A stretch of DNA of 64,000 nt from the NCBI GenBank assembly GCA_000708835.1, contig DF237014.1, positions 185,148 through 249,147 of the forward strand, given 5' to 3'. The notes under the pieces are model-generated. The model made no database searches. It was not told the origin of the DNA and saw only the letters and a list, made by a program, of their open reading frames with translations. The stretch is from Klebsormidium nitens (taxonomy: Eukaryota > Plantae > Klebsormidiophyceae). The stretch's first letter is position 1. Each line of letters begins with the position of its first letter. This document shows, one piece after another, positions 11,067 through 22,200 of this stretch. The translations under genes and the position numbers were made by a program.

Positions 11067-14000
11067 TATCATGTGCCTCTGGCTCGATCGATTTGGTTGA
11101 GCTACTGTGTAAGTCATCGTGGCTTTGGAACACTTTGAAACGTAGTTTTCTGACGCCCCTCCCCAAGATTCCGCTCTTCTTCACAACGGCTGGATGTACT
11201 CGCGCAGTGTGTTTTCTGTGTTGCAGGATGCACCTCTTTCGGTCCTGCCGCAAGCTTCACAACATGATGTTTCAGCTCTGCTTTGAGGGCCCATGTTGGG
11301 AGCTGAGCTAGCAGGGAGACGTGTTGCTGTCTGGTCCCTTTCCAACGAAGCGACTTTTGCAGTGAACCCTTCTTTTAGCTTTTAAGGATACAGTCCCTTG
11401 CTTTGCTCTTCGGTTCGCTGTATGGCCCGGCAAAGTGAGCAACTCTTGCGTTACAGTCATGTAGATGGGCTGTCAATCTCTCGGCCCCCCCGGTTGCTTA
11501 CTGGCCGAAGGTGCGTCTAGGCCTGCGTCTTGTCCGCTTCTTGACCTAGTCTCTCAATGTCTGACTACTTCGTGATTGGTTGTGCCAGTACCCTTACTGT
11601 GAAATCAAGTTGGTCAACGCGTATCTCTAACAGCACTAGCTAGTCTTGGTCAATGCATAGGCTTTCTTGACTCGGCGAACGGGTAAACTTATGCTGACTT
11701 GGCGTGTAACGCACACGCAGGTATCGTGATGGACGTGTTCGTCGCTTCACGCACCTCGACAACCAGGTACGAGGAAAGATAGGTGGCGCTTTAGGCGATG
11801 CTTTTGTCTGAAACAATCTTCGAAGCTTCTGGGGAGCTGGTGCGAGCGAGCCAACTCTCTGTTCTCTCTAATGATCCTCCTCTAGACGGTGTGTCTGTAA
11901 GTAATTCACCAGAATAGAACGTGGTTCTCTTGCAGCAATTGTCTTTCCCCAATTGTCTTCCTTGTCCTTTTTCTCCCAGCAAAAGTACGTTCCACTGGGT
12001 TTGTCCTCGACATTGTAAAGGGGTTTGAAGCTCGTGACGGACCGTTAGTGCTATTGGCAGTTCTTGATGTCGTCGTCGAAACTCTGGTGTTAGTGACTTC
12101 GCGTGATCCGAATGTGGTTCGCCTTTTACTGGCAACTGGCGAAGGTCGGTCTTTGAGGACGTGCTTCAGCGTGCTTCCGTCGTTTCTCAGATTTCGAAAC
12201 TCTGGTTTGAATAGGGTAACTCGTTGCCCGCTGGATCGGCTGGCGGATCTTTCCTATCAATCTCTGGTCCTCGAAAGTATGCAAGCCGTGGGATCCACGA
12301 GGGGATCCAAACTGCGCTTGTTCGATTCATGGGACTTGCGAATTCATGCCCGGTAAAGACTATGGCCGACTTGTCCTCCTTCGTACTTTGCAATTGTCCT
12401 TTACGCTTTCCAGTACTGGTCGGAACCTCTTGGACTGTGCTTTTGCTTGGCGATGATGGGAACATCGAGGACCTCACGTCTGCCTTCCTCCTCTGGTTTT
12501 TTTCGATGATGGAACGAGGGAGAGGATGGAGCTGTCAGCGCGACGAAGGAAGAGGAGCAGAGCGGCGATGAAGAAGAAGGGGCGAGCGAGGAGGAGAGCG
12601 GAGGAGACGAGACACCGGAGACTGGGAGCTACCGCTGCAGCTTACGATGCCAGAGAGCATGAAGGGGCATTGTAAAGAGCAGAGGTACGTCTCGTTTCCG
12701 ATGCTAGTTTCCAGTGCTTTCTGTCGAAATGCGGCAATCTGCTCAATGCAATATGTCCTGCTCGAAGGCGACTCGGCTCGACGTACTTCGGCTTCTTTCA
12801 AGCACGGCCGAGATCAAATTCGTGTCCGACTCGGTGCTCGATCCCACATATTCTTGATTAAAGTTCTGGAGATCAACTAGGATAATGTTGTCTTCTCGAG
12901 CTCTTTCATATGGATTATCTCGCAGGTCTTGGTAGAAATTGTTTTGGCAGGCTTTGTTCTGACAGGTGCATCTGGGCCGAGTACTTTTTCGCTATGTGCA
13001 TCCCTCAGCTCTCGTTTGCTTGCAATCAATGGTTCGCTCACACTCTTTGCTCGCTTGCCTAGGTTCGAACATGCACAGCGACAGCTGATGGAGGCATGGC
13101 CGAGAACACCGGCCCAGACGTGCGGCTCGAGAGGGAGGCGCTACGTACGAGCGAGCGCGCGGCACGTCATGCGCTGGTGGACCTCCTCATTGCGGTAAGG
13201 GGGCGAGCAGCGCTGTTTACGTGGCTTGTCTTCCGCTTTCCCAACGTCGGAGAGTTCTGAAAGTCTTCTTTGAAGCGGCCCGTTTAGGAGAACCGATTCC
13301 CGTAGACGAAGGCTTTCAACTTTCCTGAGGAGTCACCCCGCTGTTTACCATTCTCGACCCCTCCGAGTCCGTTGATCTACTTCGACCCTTATGTCCTATC
13401 CACCTTCGACCAGGGTTTGTAAAAGACCGTGTGTTAGTTACACCCAAGAAAGGTACTGTCGCTCTTTTGGAGCTACCATATGGTCGCGTTGGTTTGATGC
13501 AGCGTCGTGAACGGAGTAGTCCGCACGTTTACGGTTCAGTTCGTATACGTTTGGAGCAGATTCCGTATCAGTGTGGAGCAGAGAATCTAATGACGTGGCA
13601 ATGACCATAGGGTGGACTGTACAGAGGGGCAGTCTGGGGCAGTCTGGGGCAGGCATGTAATCCAGAGGTCCTTCCGTGAGCCCGCTAGGAGAGCACTCCC
13701 GCCCTTGTACGCTTGGTCGCTCGACCCTTTGTATCCAAGTCAGATATGTGTTGGCCCAAGTCGAGCTCAAGTCGAACCGGGTCGCCGCAGCAAGAACGGA
13801 ACTTGAGAGTGAAGGTAGAAGATCCGGTTTCAAGTCGTGAGCCGTCGTTGCCCTAACCTAGGAGTCCGTGGATTTCTTTGCGAGAACGAATGGCCGCTGA
13901 CCACAATCTCGTCTGTGCAGCACATGGCGGGAAGCCTGGTTCGAGTCGGAGAGCGTACCTTCCAGTTTTGCCGGCGCCGCAACGAAGCCGGCCGTGTGGA

Positions 14001-15941
14001 GTGCTGGTTGGAGGAAGTGGCGTACATGCATCACCACGGTAGGTATTCTTTCTGGCTGTTGCTTTCTTTGGCCTTGCGTTTCTCTTCGTCTCTTCCCTCT
14101 GCCTTCGTCTGTCGTCGACTCTTATTCAGCCTTGACTTGCGCGTTACCTTTCCATTGATATTGCATCCGCTTTTTGAAGCAAGGATCCTTGTTGACGAAA
14201 GTGCAGTCCTTTCGAACGCTAGGGGAGTATTTTGCAGAGGTTGGGATGAGAGAAGCGTGTACCTCTTACAGTCAGGCCGCCAACTCGATCATGAGCACCA
14301 AGTACTGCGCTAGGTCTTCTAAGGAAGCTCATGACACCTGTACTCGACCGTTCTGACAGATTTGACAGACCGTTTTGACACAATGGCAACGAAAAAGCGG
14401 CTTTAGTTGGACTTGCTCAAATCTGGTCAGAATAGACGGTAATAACATGAAAAAGTCCCGGCTCTTCGTAATTCCACGCCAAGCCCACGCACTTCTTTTC
14501 TTTGACTTTTGCAGCCTATTAGAGGAGATTTGGAGTCTAAACCTAGCCGGAATCTAGTAGCCTAGGCTAGCTAGGCTAGTCTAACCCCCCGTAGAAGTCA
14601 ATCGATGGGCGAGGAGAAGAAAGTCACGATGAGACGTTTTGAGAGTAATTTGAGATACGCCTAAGTGGGTTCCACAGAGGGTATATAAGTTGTGGTGGGG
14701 TTCTTTGTAGATGCGAGCTCCTGAGAAATGTAGGTACTCGGGACCTATTTCGACGACTTTCTATGCACGGCGGGGACGGCGGCAAGGACCGGACCGTCCC
14801 GTGTATGTCATGTGTGTCACATGTAACAATTGCGCCATATCTAGTTACCGCGTTGACCAACCGGCCGCAAACCGTGCCTCAACCAATCATGGCTGGCAGC
14901 CAACCATACCTAATCTACCTGGGATCATCGATTGGATACTGAACTTCGCCTACGGATCGCCGGGGAGCAAGGTTGCCGGGAGCGCGGAACGAAGTACCGA
15001 GATCAGCTACCGGGTAGCCGGGTAGCTTTTGGACGGGGTATAGTGGTCGGCTAGCTTTCAATAGAGTCTACCGGGAATTCTACCGGGTCAAACTTGTACC
15101 AACTGGTAAATTCCGGTAGGTAACTAATGTCGTCATACTGGCGACATCTGTGTTCACTTAAGCTTGTGTTCACAAGTATCCGCCCGGGGCGAAACAAACT
15201 AAAAACTCAAAACTAAAAGGATTAGACGCTCCACACCCGTACCCACCCTAACCCCCAAACCAACCCCACCCGTCCCCGGGACCTTCGAACACGGCCCTAT
15301 TATTGGCAATCAAGTTTCAAGACTACCGGTAGCTAGGGTGGACGGTCCCCTTGCCCATGCATGGGGAGTTCTGGGCCCCTGAGCTTCACTTTCTGCTTGC
15401 ATGGAGTTGGACAATGGAGTTGGAGCCTGGAGGGTTTTGCTTCGTAAATGTTAGAACTGAGAACCTCTCCATCATTACAGCGTTCCTGCAGAATGCCATC
15501 GGTGGGATGACAGGACCTTGAAATTTGGACGAGGGCGCCAAGCTCAGGGACCGCTAGGCTGTCCACTGCTTGGAACGCAAGGAGATGCATTGGCCTCACT
15601 GATCTGCGTTCACACGTAAGTGCCCCATGTGATATTTTCTCTACAGCTCGCGGTCTGTTCAACCTCATTCCTGGGCCATGGTGTTTGATTGAACGGCCTT
15701 GGTTGATGCCTAGGCGTGTTGCAGCACCACTTAAGATGATTGTATCAGAAGCATTTGACCATTGAAGAGGAAAATGGTAAACTCCTGCTGACAAGCTCAT
15801 GTAAGGTCATTGTGGTCTTACTGTGCATGACGGTGTAATGCCGACTTGGATGGAGGCTGGGACACACAAAACTACTTGGAAGGACCATGTTGCTTGAGTT
15901 GGAGGCTTATTCTATTATTATTGCCCTTTTTAGGTGTCACC

Positions 15942-18405
15942 ATGGCCCCCATATTGGCTAGAACCCTGCGGGGTTTTATCCCAATATTGGGGATCCTGTG
16001 TGGATGGGGGCTTCTGGGCAGAGTATGGTCCGCAACCATAGAGGAGATCGACTCTCTTCTTCAGGGCCCACTCTGGAACCAAACGAGCATTACGATCAGA
16101 GGCGGCAGGTTATCTGGTCAAATCCCCCCAGAGCTCGGCAACTTGATAAATCTCACCATGATCGACCTCTCCTACAACAACCTCTCCGGCCCCATTCCGC
16201 CAGAGTTCGGCAACCTGATCAGCCTTGCTTCTCTCAACCTTTCCTACAACGAACTTTCCGGTACCATCCCCCCAGAGCTTGGCAAGTCTTACACCCTTTC
16301 TCACCTTGACTTTTCCGATAACAACCTCTATGGTACCATTCCATCAGAGCTAGGCAGCCTGAAAAACTTAACCTACCTCAATCTTGGAGACAACACTCTT
16401 TCGGGTTCCATACCTGCTGTCTTGAGCAGACTCACCAGTCTGACTACTCTCCGTCTGTACAACAACGCCCTCTCTGGCCCCATCCCCCCTGAGCTCGGCA
16501 ACCTGACCAACCTCACCAGACTTTCTCTCCCTGATAATAGACTCTCAGGCTCCATACCCCCCGCGCTGAGTAAGCTGGTCAATCTCAACCACCTCTACCT
16601 CTACAACAACCGCCTCTCCGGGCTCATCCCCCCCGCGCTCAGTAGCCTGTCCAATCTCAGCGGCCTTGATCTTTCCCTCAACCGCCTCTCCGGCCCCATC
16701 CCCCCCGAGCTCGGCAGCATGACCGGACTCACCGGCCTCGCCCTCTCCTCTAACAACCTCTCCGGCCCCATCCCCCCCGAACTCGGTACCCTGCCTAACC
16801 TCACCGTCCTCTACCTCTACAACAACCGCCTCTCCGGCCCCATCCCCTCTGAGCTCGGCAACCTGACCGAACTCACCGACCTCTCCCTCTCCCGCAACGA
16901 CCTCTCCGGCCCAATCCCCTCCAAGCTCGGTAGCCTGCTCAATCTCACCGACCTCTCCCTCTCCTTCAACNNNNNNNNNNNNNNNNNNNNNNNNNNNNNN
17001 NNNNNNNNNNNNNNNNNNNNNNNNNNNNNNNNNNNNNNNNNNNNNNNNNNNNNNNNNNNNNNNNNNNNNNNNNNNNNNNNNNNNNNNNCCGTTCGTCCTC
17101 CACGGACTAGGGGCCAGATTGGTCGTCGCGAGCACGGCGTAGAAAGGTGTGCTTGAGTCGGATATCGGTGTTCCTCTCGGGGGACATTCCCTTCCCGCTG
17201 TACAGGGCAAACGAGTTTCTGGGCGTTCTCAGTAACGCGCACGGGAACTACACCTTGGCGGACCCGGACTTCGTGGACATGATCGACCTGGGGCGCGAGG
17301 GGAGGGCGTACACGGGGGTCGGGTTTTCGAGGGTCCAGGCGGGCAATCTCTGCGGCAACCCCGAGGCGAAGGCGGTCACGGCGCTCGTCTTTGGGGTATT
17401 CGCCGTCCTCTTGCTGGTGGGGACCATTTCCGTCGTCGTGGTGGCCCGCTGGCGCCGTCGAAACCGGGGTGGTGGTCTCGAGACGGTAGATGGGAGCCGC
17501 CTTGGGTAAGTCGTTTGGGTGGTGGCTGGAGATCGAACACGTCTCTCCTCTTGCCCGACTTCCAAGACTTCAACAATCTGGTGATCTCTGGCACACCACA
17601 ATATCATTTTTAATGTTAGAAAGGGATTCATAATCTGTGCGCTCACGTGCGCAGCTTCAATCGTTGGGCGCTCTACCTTTGGGGAGCTGCATTGGGCGTT
17701 CTACCCGTGGTGGACGTTGTCACCGACCTCCTGGTGCTGAGCGAGGTTTGGGGGGCGTGGCCAATGTGGGTGGTGTTGGCGTCGGTCTGTGCGCCGTTCG
17801 TTTGGGGGTCTTACGCGGTGGCTAAGGCTTGGTCGTCGACCGTGAGTCCAGTGCGCGGGTTGAAGGGTTTGCGGGCGAGATGGCTGTGGCCCCTGCCAAC
17901 TCTGGACGATTGGCAGCCGAGGACCTCGGACGGGTGGTCCCCGCGCGCCGAGGTTTGGGCGATCCTACTGCTGCCCCTGGGCCTCTTGGGCGTGCTCGTC
18001 CAGGACCTGCTGTCCGTGGCGGAGAGGTTCGGGCTTCATCTGGCGACCGGGGACCAGATTGTCGTGTTCGAGCACTATCACGAGTCCCGGGTGTTGGTCG
18101 AGCTGCTTCTAGAGTCGCTGCCCCAGGCGCTGTTCCAGACCGGACTGTACATAGTAGGGAGCTCGAGGGCGACCCGCATCTACATCGACCAGCGCATTTT
18201 CGTGCAGTCCATCGTGGTATCGTTGTGTAGTCTGTCGGTGCAGTACTGCACTATGCTCTGGGAGGCGGTGTACGAGGGCAGGTCGCTGGTCAAGGTGTTC
18301 CGGGACCGTTTCGAGAGCGCGGGGCAGCCGAGTCTCGTGACGGTATCCACCGCGGCGAGCGAGGATGAAGAAGTGGAGGGGTTGAGTCAAAAGGTGGCCA
18401 GTTGA
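15942..18405 (+). CDS. LRR receptor-like protein: signal peptide, >=12 plant-type 24-aa LRRs, TM helix, then an XK-related-like multi-TM domain
   Basis: Signal-peptide-like start MAPILARTLRGFIPILGILCGWGLLGRVWSA at 15942, with LxxLxxLxLxxNxLSGxIPxELGx repeats up to the gap. After the gap: an 'NLCGNP' cap, TM 'VTALVFGVFAVLLLVGTISVVVVA' and RWRRR. A phase-2 intron 17506-17654 (GTAAG...GCGCAG) joins gg|c in frame to the 17647-18405 ORF, which carries 'DVVTD' and 'ELLLESLPQALFQ'. Continuity across the gap at 16971-17088 is not proven. Confidence 0.75.
16104..16970 (+). repeat. Coding tandem array of 72-bp LRR units (12 visible units)
   Basis: 867 bp equals 12 x 72 + 3 with no indels. The 3' units share near-identical 'cgcctctccggccccatcccccccgagctcggc'. 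Confidence 0.9.
16971..17088. other. Assembly gap inside the LRR gene
   Basis: Run of N. Confidence 1.
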
Positions 18406-19231
18406 AGAAAGTTCTAAGGACCGAGCAGACGTTGAGACAAAGATGGATTGCGAGTGTAATTTGAATAGCTTGCATATATCTAGCGCCACTAGCTTGAAGT
18501 CGTAGCTACGAGTCTACACACCACGTGGCCAAACACATGGCGACGTCTTTGTATGGCATCCTCAATAGTTGTTTTTTCCCGAGCTCCATATACGAGTTTC
18601 TTCCGTGAAGGGTCGGGTATGATCTTGACCAGCCAATTTAAGGAGAGCCATATTTCTCATTTTACTTTCATGCATGATTGAATATTCCTTTTTCTCAGGT
18701 ACACTTCGGTTGGTTGATTGTAGGCCTGCCCTCGTAAGGATGTGTGCGCGGATTGATCAATCAACATTGTCATGCGCGCAAGATCGAGTCCTGATTGAGT
18801 CAAGGCCGCTGCAAACAAGCCATGCTGTCCAACAATGCAACGGTATAAACAAACGTGATCAGGAATGTCTGCAAACATATGCACCAGATGTCAAGCTTCT
18901 ATGTGACGCGTTGCGCGGCCTCCAGATATGCTTGCAGTTACGTATGTTGTCGTAATTGCACCCTAAAAAGACGACGTACAATCCTTTTCCAAGTCAGTCC
19001 ATCTCCACATGGTTCATGCACGTACCTAAACCACATCAACGTGCATGAAGACTTAAAAGTTTTTCTTCGCATCTTAAGTGACTGTACCTGCACAAGCTTT
19101 TCGATTATGTAGAATGATCCTAGACCTTCTCCCCTATTTACGTATGACTTCGTGCTAACATGCGTCTTTTGGAGGTCGTGATGCGGCCAAACCTTTGGCA
19201 GACCACACTCGTTGACGAGATGCTGATACCT

Positions 19232-22200
19232 TCATCCGATGACGAGCTCGACAGATGCCGCTGCATTTGGCCAGCTGCCGCAGTCTAAGACTGCCAAAGC
19301 TAAGTCTCTTGATCCTATATCTGCGAGAAACCTGCTCAGTTTCATCAAGCTCTGATTTCCCAGCTCTGACAGCCACGCCGGAGCGTACCCCACCATGAAG
19401 GACGTAAACGCGACGACATACGCCCGCCCCAGGCTGGCCGTTGACCATGGCGAGAGCTGCGTTCCCGACCCGACCAGAAACTCGACGTGCTCTTCCAAGG
19501 CCTGCCTGTCTAGCTGCCCCGGAGATTGCCCCCAGGCAAGCAGACCCCCCAACACCGCTAGCCGAGCCAGAGCGTACGGGCGGAAGCCCCCCTTCCGATC
19601 GGAGGAGCCCGCTGTCTCCGTCAGCAGGGGGGGCAGCGCCGTCACGAAGAGCGCCCTCACCGCGTCTCTCCCCGCCATGGCCAGCAGCGCCGCGCCCAGG
19701 CTGGCCGCCTGCGTCAGCGTGGGCACCGCCTCCCGCAGCGGGTCGTGCCGGCACCGCAACCGCTTGGCCGCGAGCGACACCCCCTCCGGGGCGCCCCGGC
19801 TCTCGCGACCGGGACCCGAGGCCCCGCTGCGGCCGCTCGCCTGGGCCAGCACGTGCGCCGCGATCGCGGATGCAATTGCTGCCGCTCCCGAGCAGTGCGG
19901 CACGGCACGGATGTACATGGCCCCGGGGGGAAGGGCGGTGGGGCCGCGCGAACCAAAGAGGCGGGACTCGCCCAGAAAGGACGTGATGCCAGAGGGCCGC
20001 TCCAGCGTAGGGTGCAACGCAGTGCGAAAGCAGGTCTCCAGCACCTGGCACGCACCCAGGAGGCGTAAGCAAAGAGCTCTCCGCATAGGGACGGAGACTA
20101 CGAGCCTGGGTGCATATGATCGGCTGCAGCCTGCTCAACAGGCCAAATCGTCGTGTGATTGTGAGAGAATTGACATGGCTCCGCCTGCCCAGGCGACGAG
20201 CCGGTGGGCCGGGTGCGGCTCACCTTGGCAATGCGCGCCGAACTGGCGCCGCACCAGAGCGCAGCCGCGGTGGGCGGCAGCTGCTTGGCGCCCTGGCGCA
20301 GCACGGGGGCCACCAGGGCGGCAACGACCGCGAGGGTGGGCCACGGCTGGCCTGCGGCGCACCGTAGGAGGGGCACCACTAGGGCGGAGGCCACCGCGTG
20401 GCTCATGTCGCTCTGCACAGGCAGGGAGGGGGGCAGGGGGGCGGTGAGGAGAGCAGGCTCGCAGACAGGCAACGCAAGGAGAGAGTACAGGGAGCGAAGG
20501 ACAGGAGACTCGCCAACAGACCTGCGGCTGAAGATTCTTCTCAACGACGACAAATTAGGGAACCCAATAGAGAAGCCGTTCTTTTGAAAATTGACACAGG
20601 ACCCAAGGAAAGATTGAGTATTATTCAACAAAAGGCAGGAGTGCGATGATTCAAAAACTCACTGTGCTTGCCAGCACGAGGCTGAGGCCGGCCGCGAGGG
20701 GCAGTGGCAGCGAGGGGACGGCATTGCCCCACGACGCGACAGTTGCCGTGTCTCCCGCCTCGGCCGGCCCCCCCACGGCGGCCTGGCGCAGCAGCGCGGT
20801 GATGTCGGCCTCCATGGCGGGCAGGCGGCTGGCGGGGCTGGGCCACTCGGTGCCGTTCAGCACGGCCGCAGGCCACGCCCCGCGCACCACCTCCGCAGTG
20901 AAGAAGCGCGCGAGGGGGACCGCCGCCGCGGGCAGGTACACCAGCAGGCTGCGCAGGCCTGGCACCGAGGCGGGGACCGAATCAGACTGGGGGCCCGCTT
21001 GAGACAAGTCATCCGAGGCAGGTTTCTCAGACGTCGGACAGGTGACATGAGATTGCTGGCATAGAGGTCGGTCAGGGAGCAAAAGGACGCTCCTGCAGCG
21101 ACGCCGGTATCGTCGAGCCGTACGATGAGCACTGACCTTGCGCGAGGTCCTTGGCGGGCAGCCTGTTGCTGGCGCACGCGGCCAGCAGCGCCTGCCCCAG
21201 CTCGGGCGCGGCCGCAATGACGTCCCACGCGGAGGCCAGCACGGGCTGCGCACCGGCGGAGCGGTCAGCCGGGAACAGCATGCGCAGCAGCTGCTCCGTG
21301 GCGCGGGGTTGCCACGCGTCGCCCAGGGTGGGGCGGGAGAAGCCCTGGTGCTGGCGGTACCAGGCGGCCACGCGCGGGAACTGCGAGAGCGTGGGCGCGG
21401 GGAGGACGGGGCTGGGAGTGGCACCGGCCAGGTCCAGCAGGGCCGGCAGCGTGAGGCCACTCTGCGACTCGGGCGCGCTCAACGGGGGAGCGAACGTCTC
21501 CAGGATGCGGGTCTGCACAGGGGAAAGGGGGGTATCAGCTCAAGAAGAGGAGCCCCGTTCATGGAATACGAACACCGATCGCAACGTCTGGAAGGAGCTG
21601 TCAGTTCATTTCCACCGTGGATTTTTGGTGGGCTTCGAAGCGTTCATCAAGGACACACCCGAGCCTATGCTGCGAACGAGAAAATGATCGGAGCCCCAGT
21701 AGACTACCCCGCAATCTTCAGCCTCTCCCAATCTGGGTCCTAAACGCAGAACATGTGCCTAACAACAAAGTGCAGGGCCGACTCCGGCAGTGGGTGTGCG
21801 CGCTCACCAGCAGGAGGAAGGCCTGCGAGAAGATGGAGTACATGAGGAGGTCGTCGGCAGTGTCGGCGGAGGAGGGCGACCCCGCGGGCATGTCGCCAAA
21901 CACGTCGCAGATGGGCAGCAGCGCGGCCGCCAGGTGCGGCAGCTGCCCGTGCAGGCGCACAATCTCGAGCGTGTCCGCCTGCGACAGCGCGGCCAGCGCC
22001 GCAAACAGCATGGGCGCGAAGTTGACCAGGTAGCGGAAGGGGGACGTCAGGCTGGCGCTCTCAGGCCGGTTCGGCTCCTCGCGCCGCGGCGGGGTCAGCA
22101 CCTGGACCGACAGCCGGACAGCGTGCTCCTGCAGTGACGGGCAGGAGGCGGAGGTCAGACGAGGCGAGCCGACGCCAGACGATGTGCAGAGGGTATCGGA

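Noticed and set aside
15846-15941. Upstream TTG start for the LRR ORF
   Set aside because: The ATG at 15942 begins a plausible signal peptide, and eukaryotic TTG initiation is unlikely.
19395-22137. Many overlapping plus-strand ORFs
   Set aside because: They are antisense or alternate-frame products of GC-rich MED33 exons.
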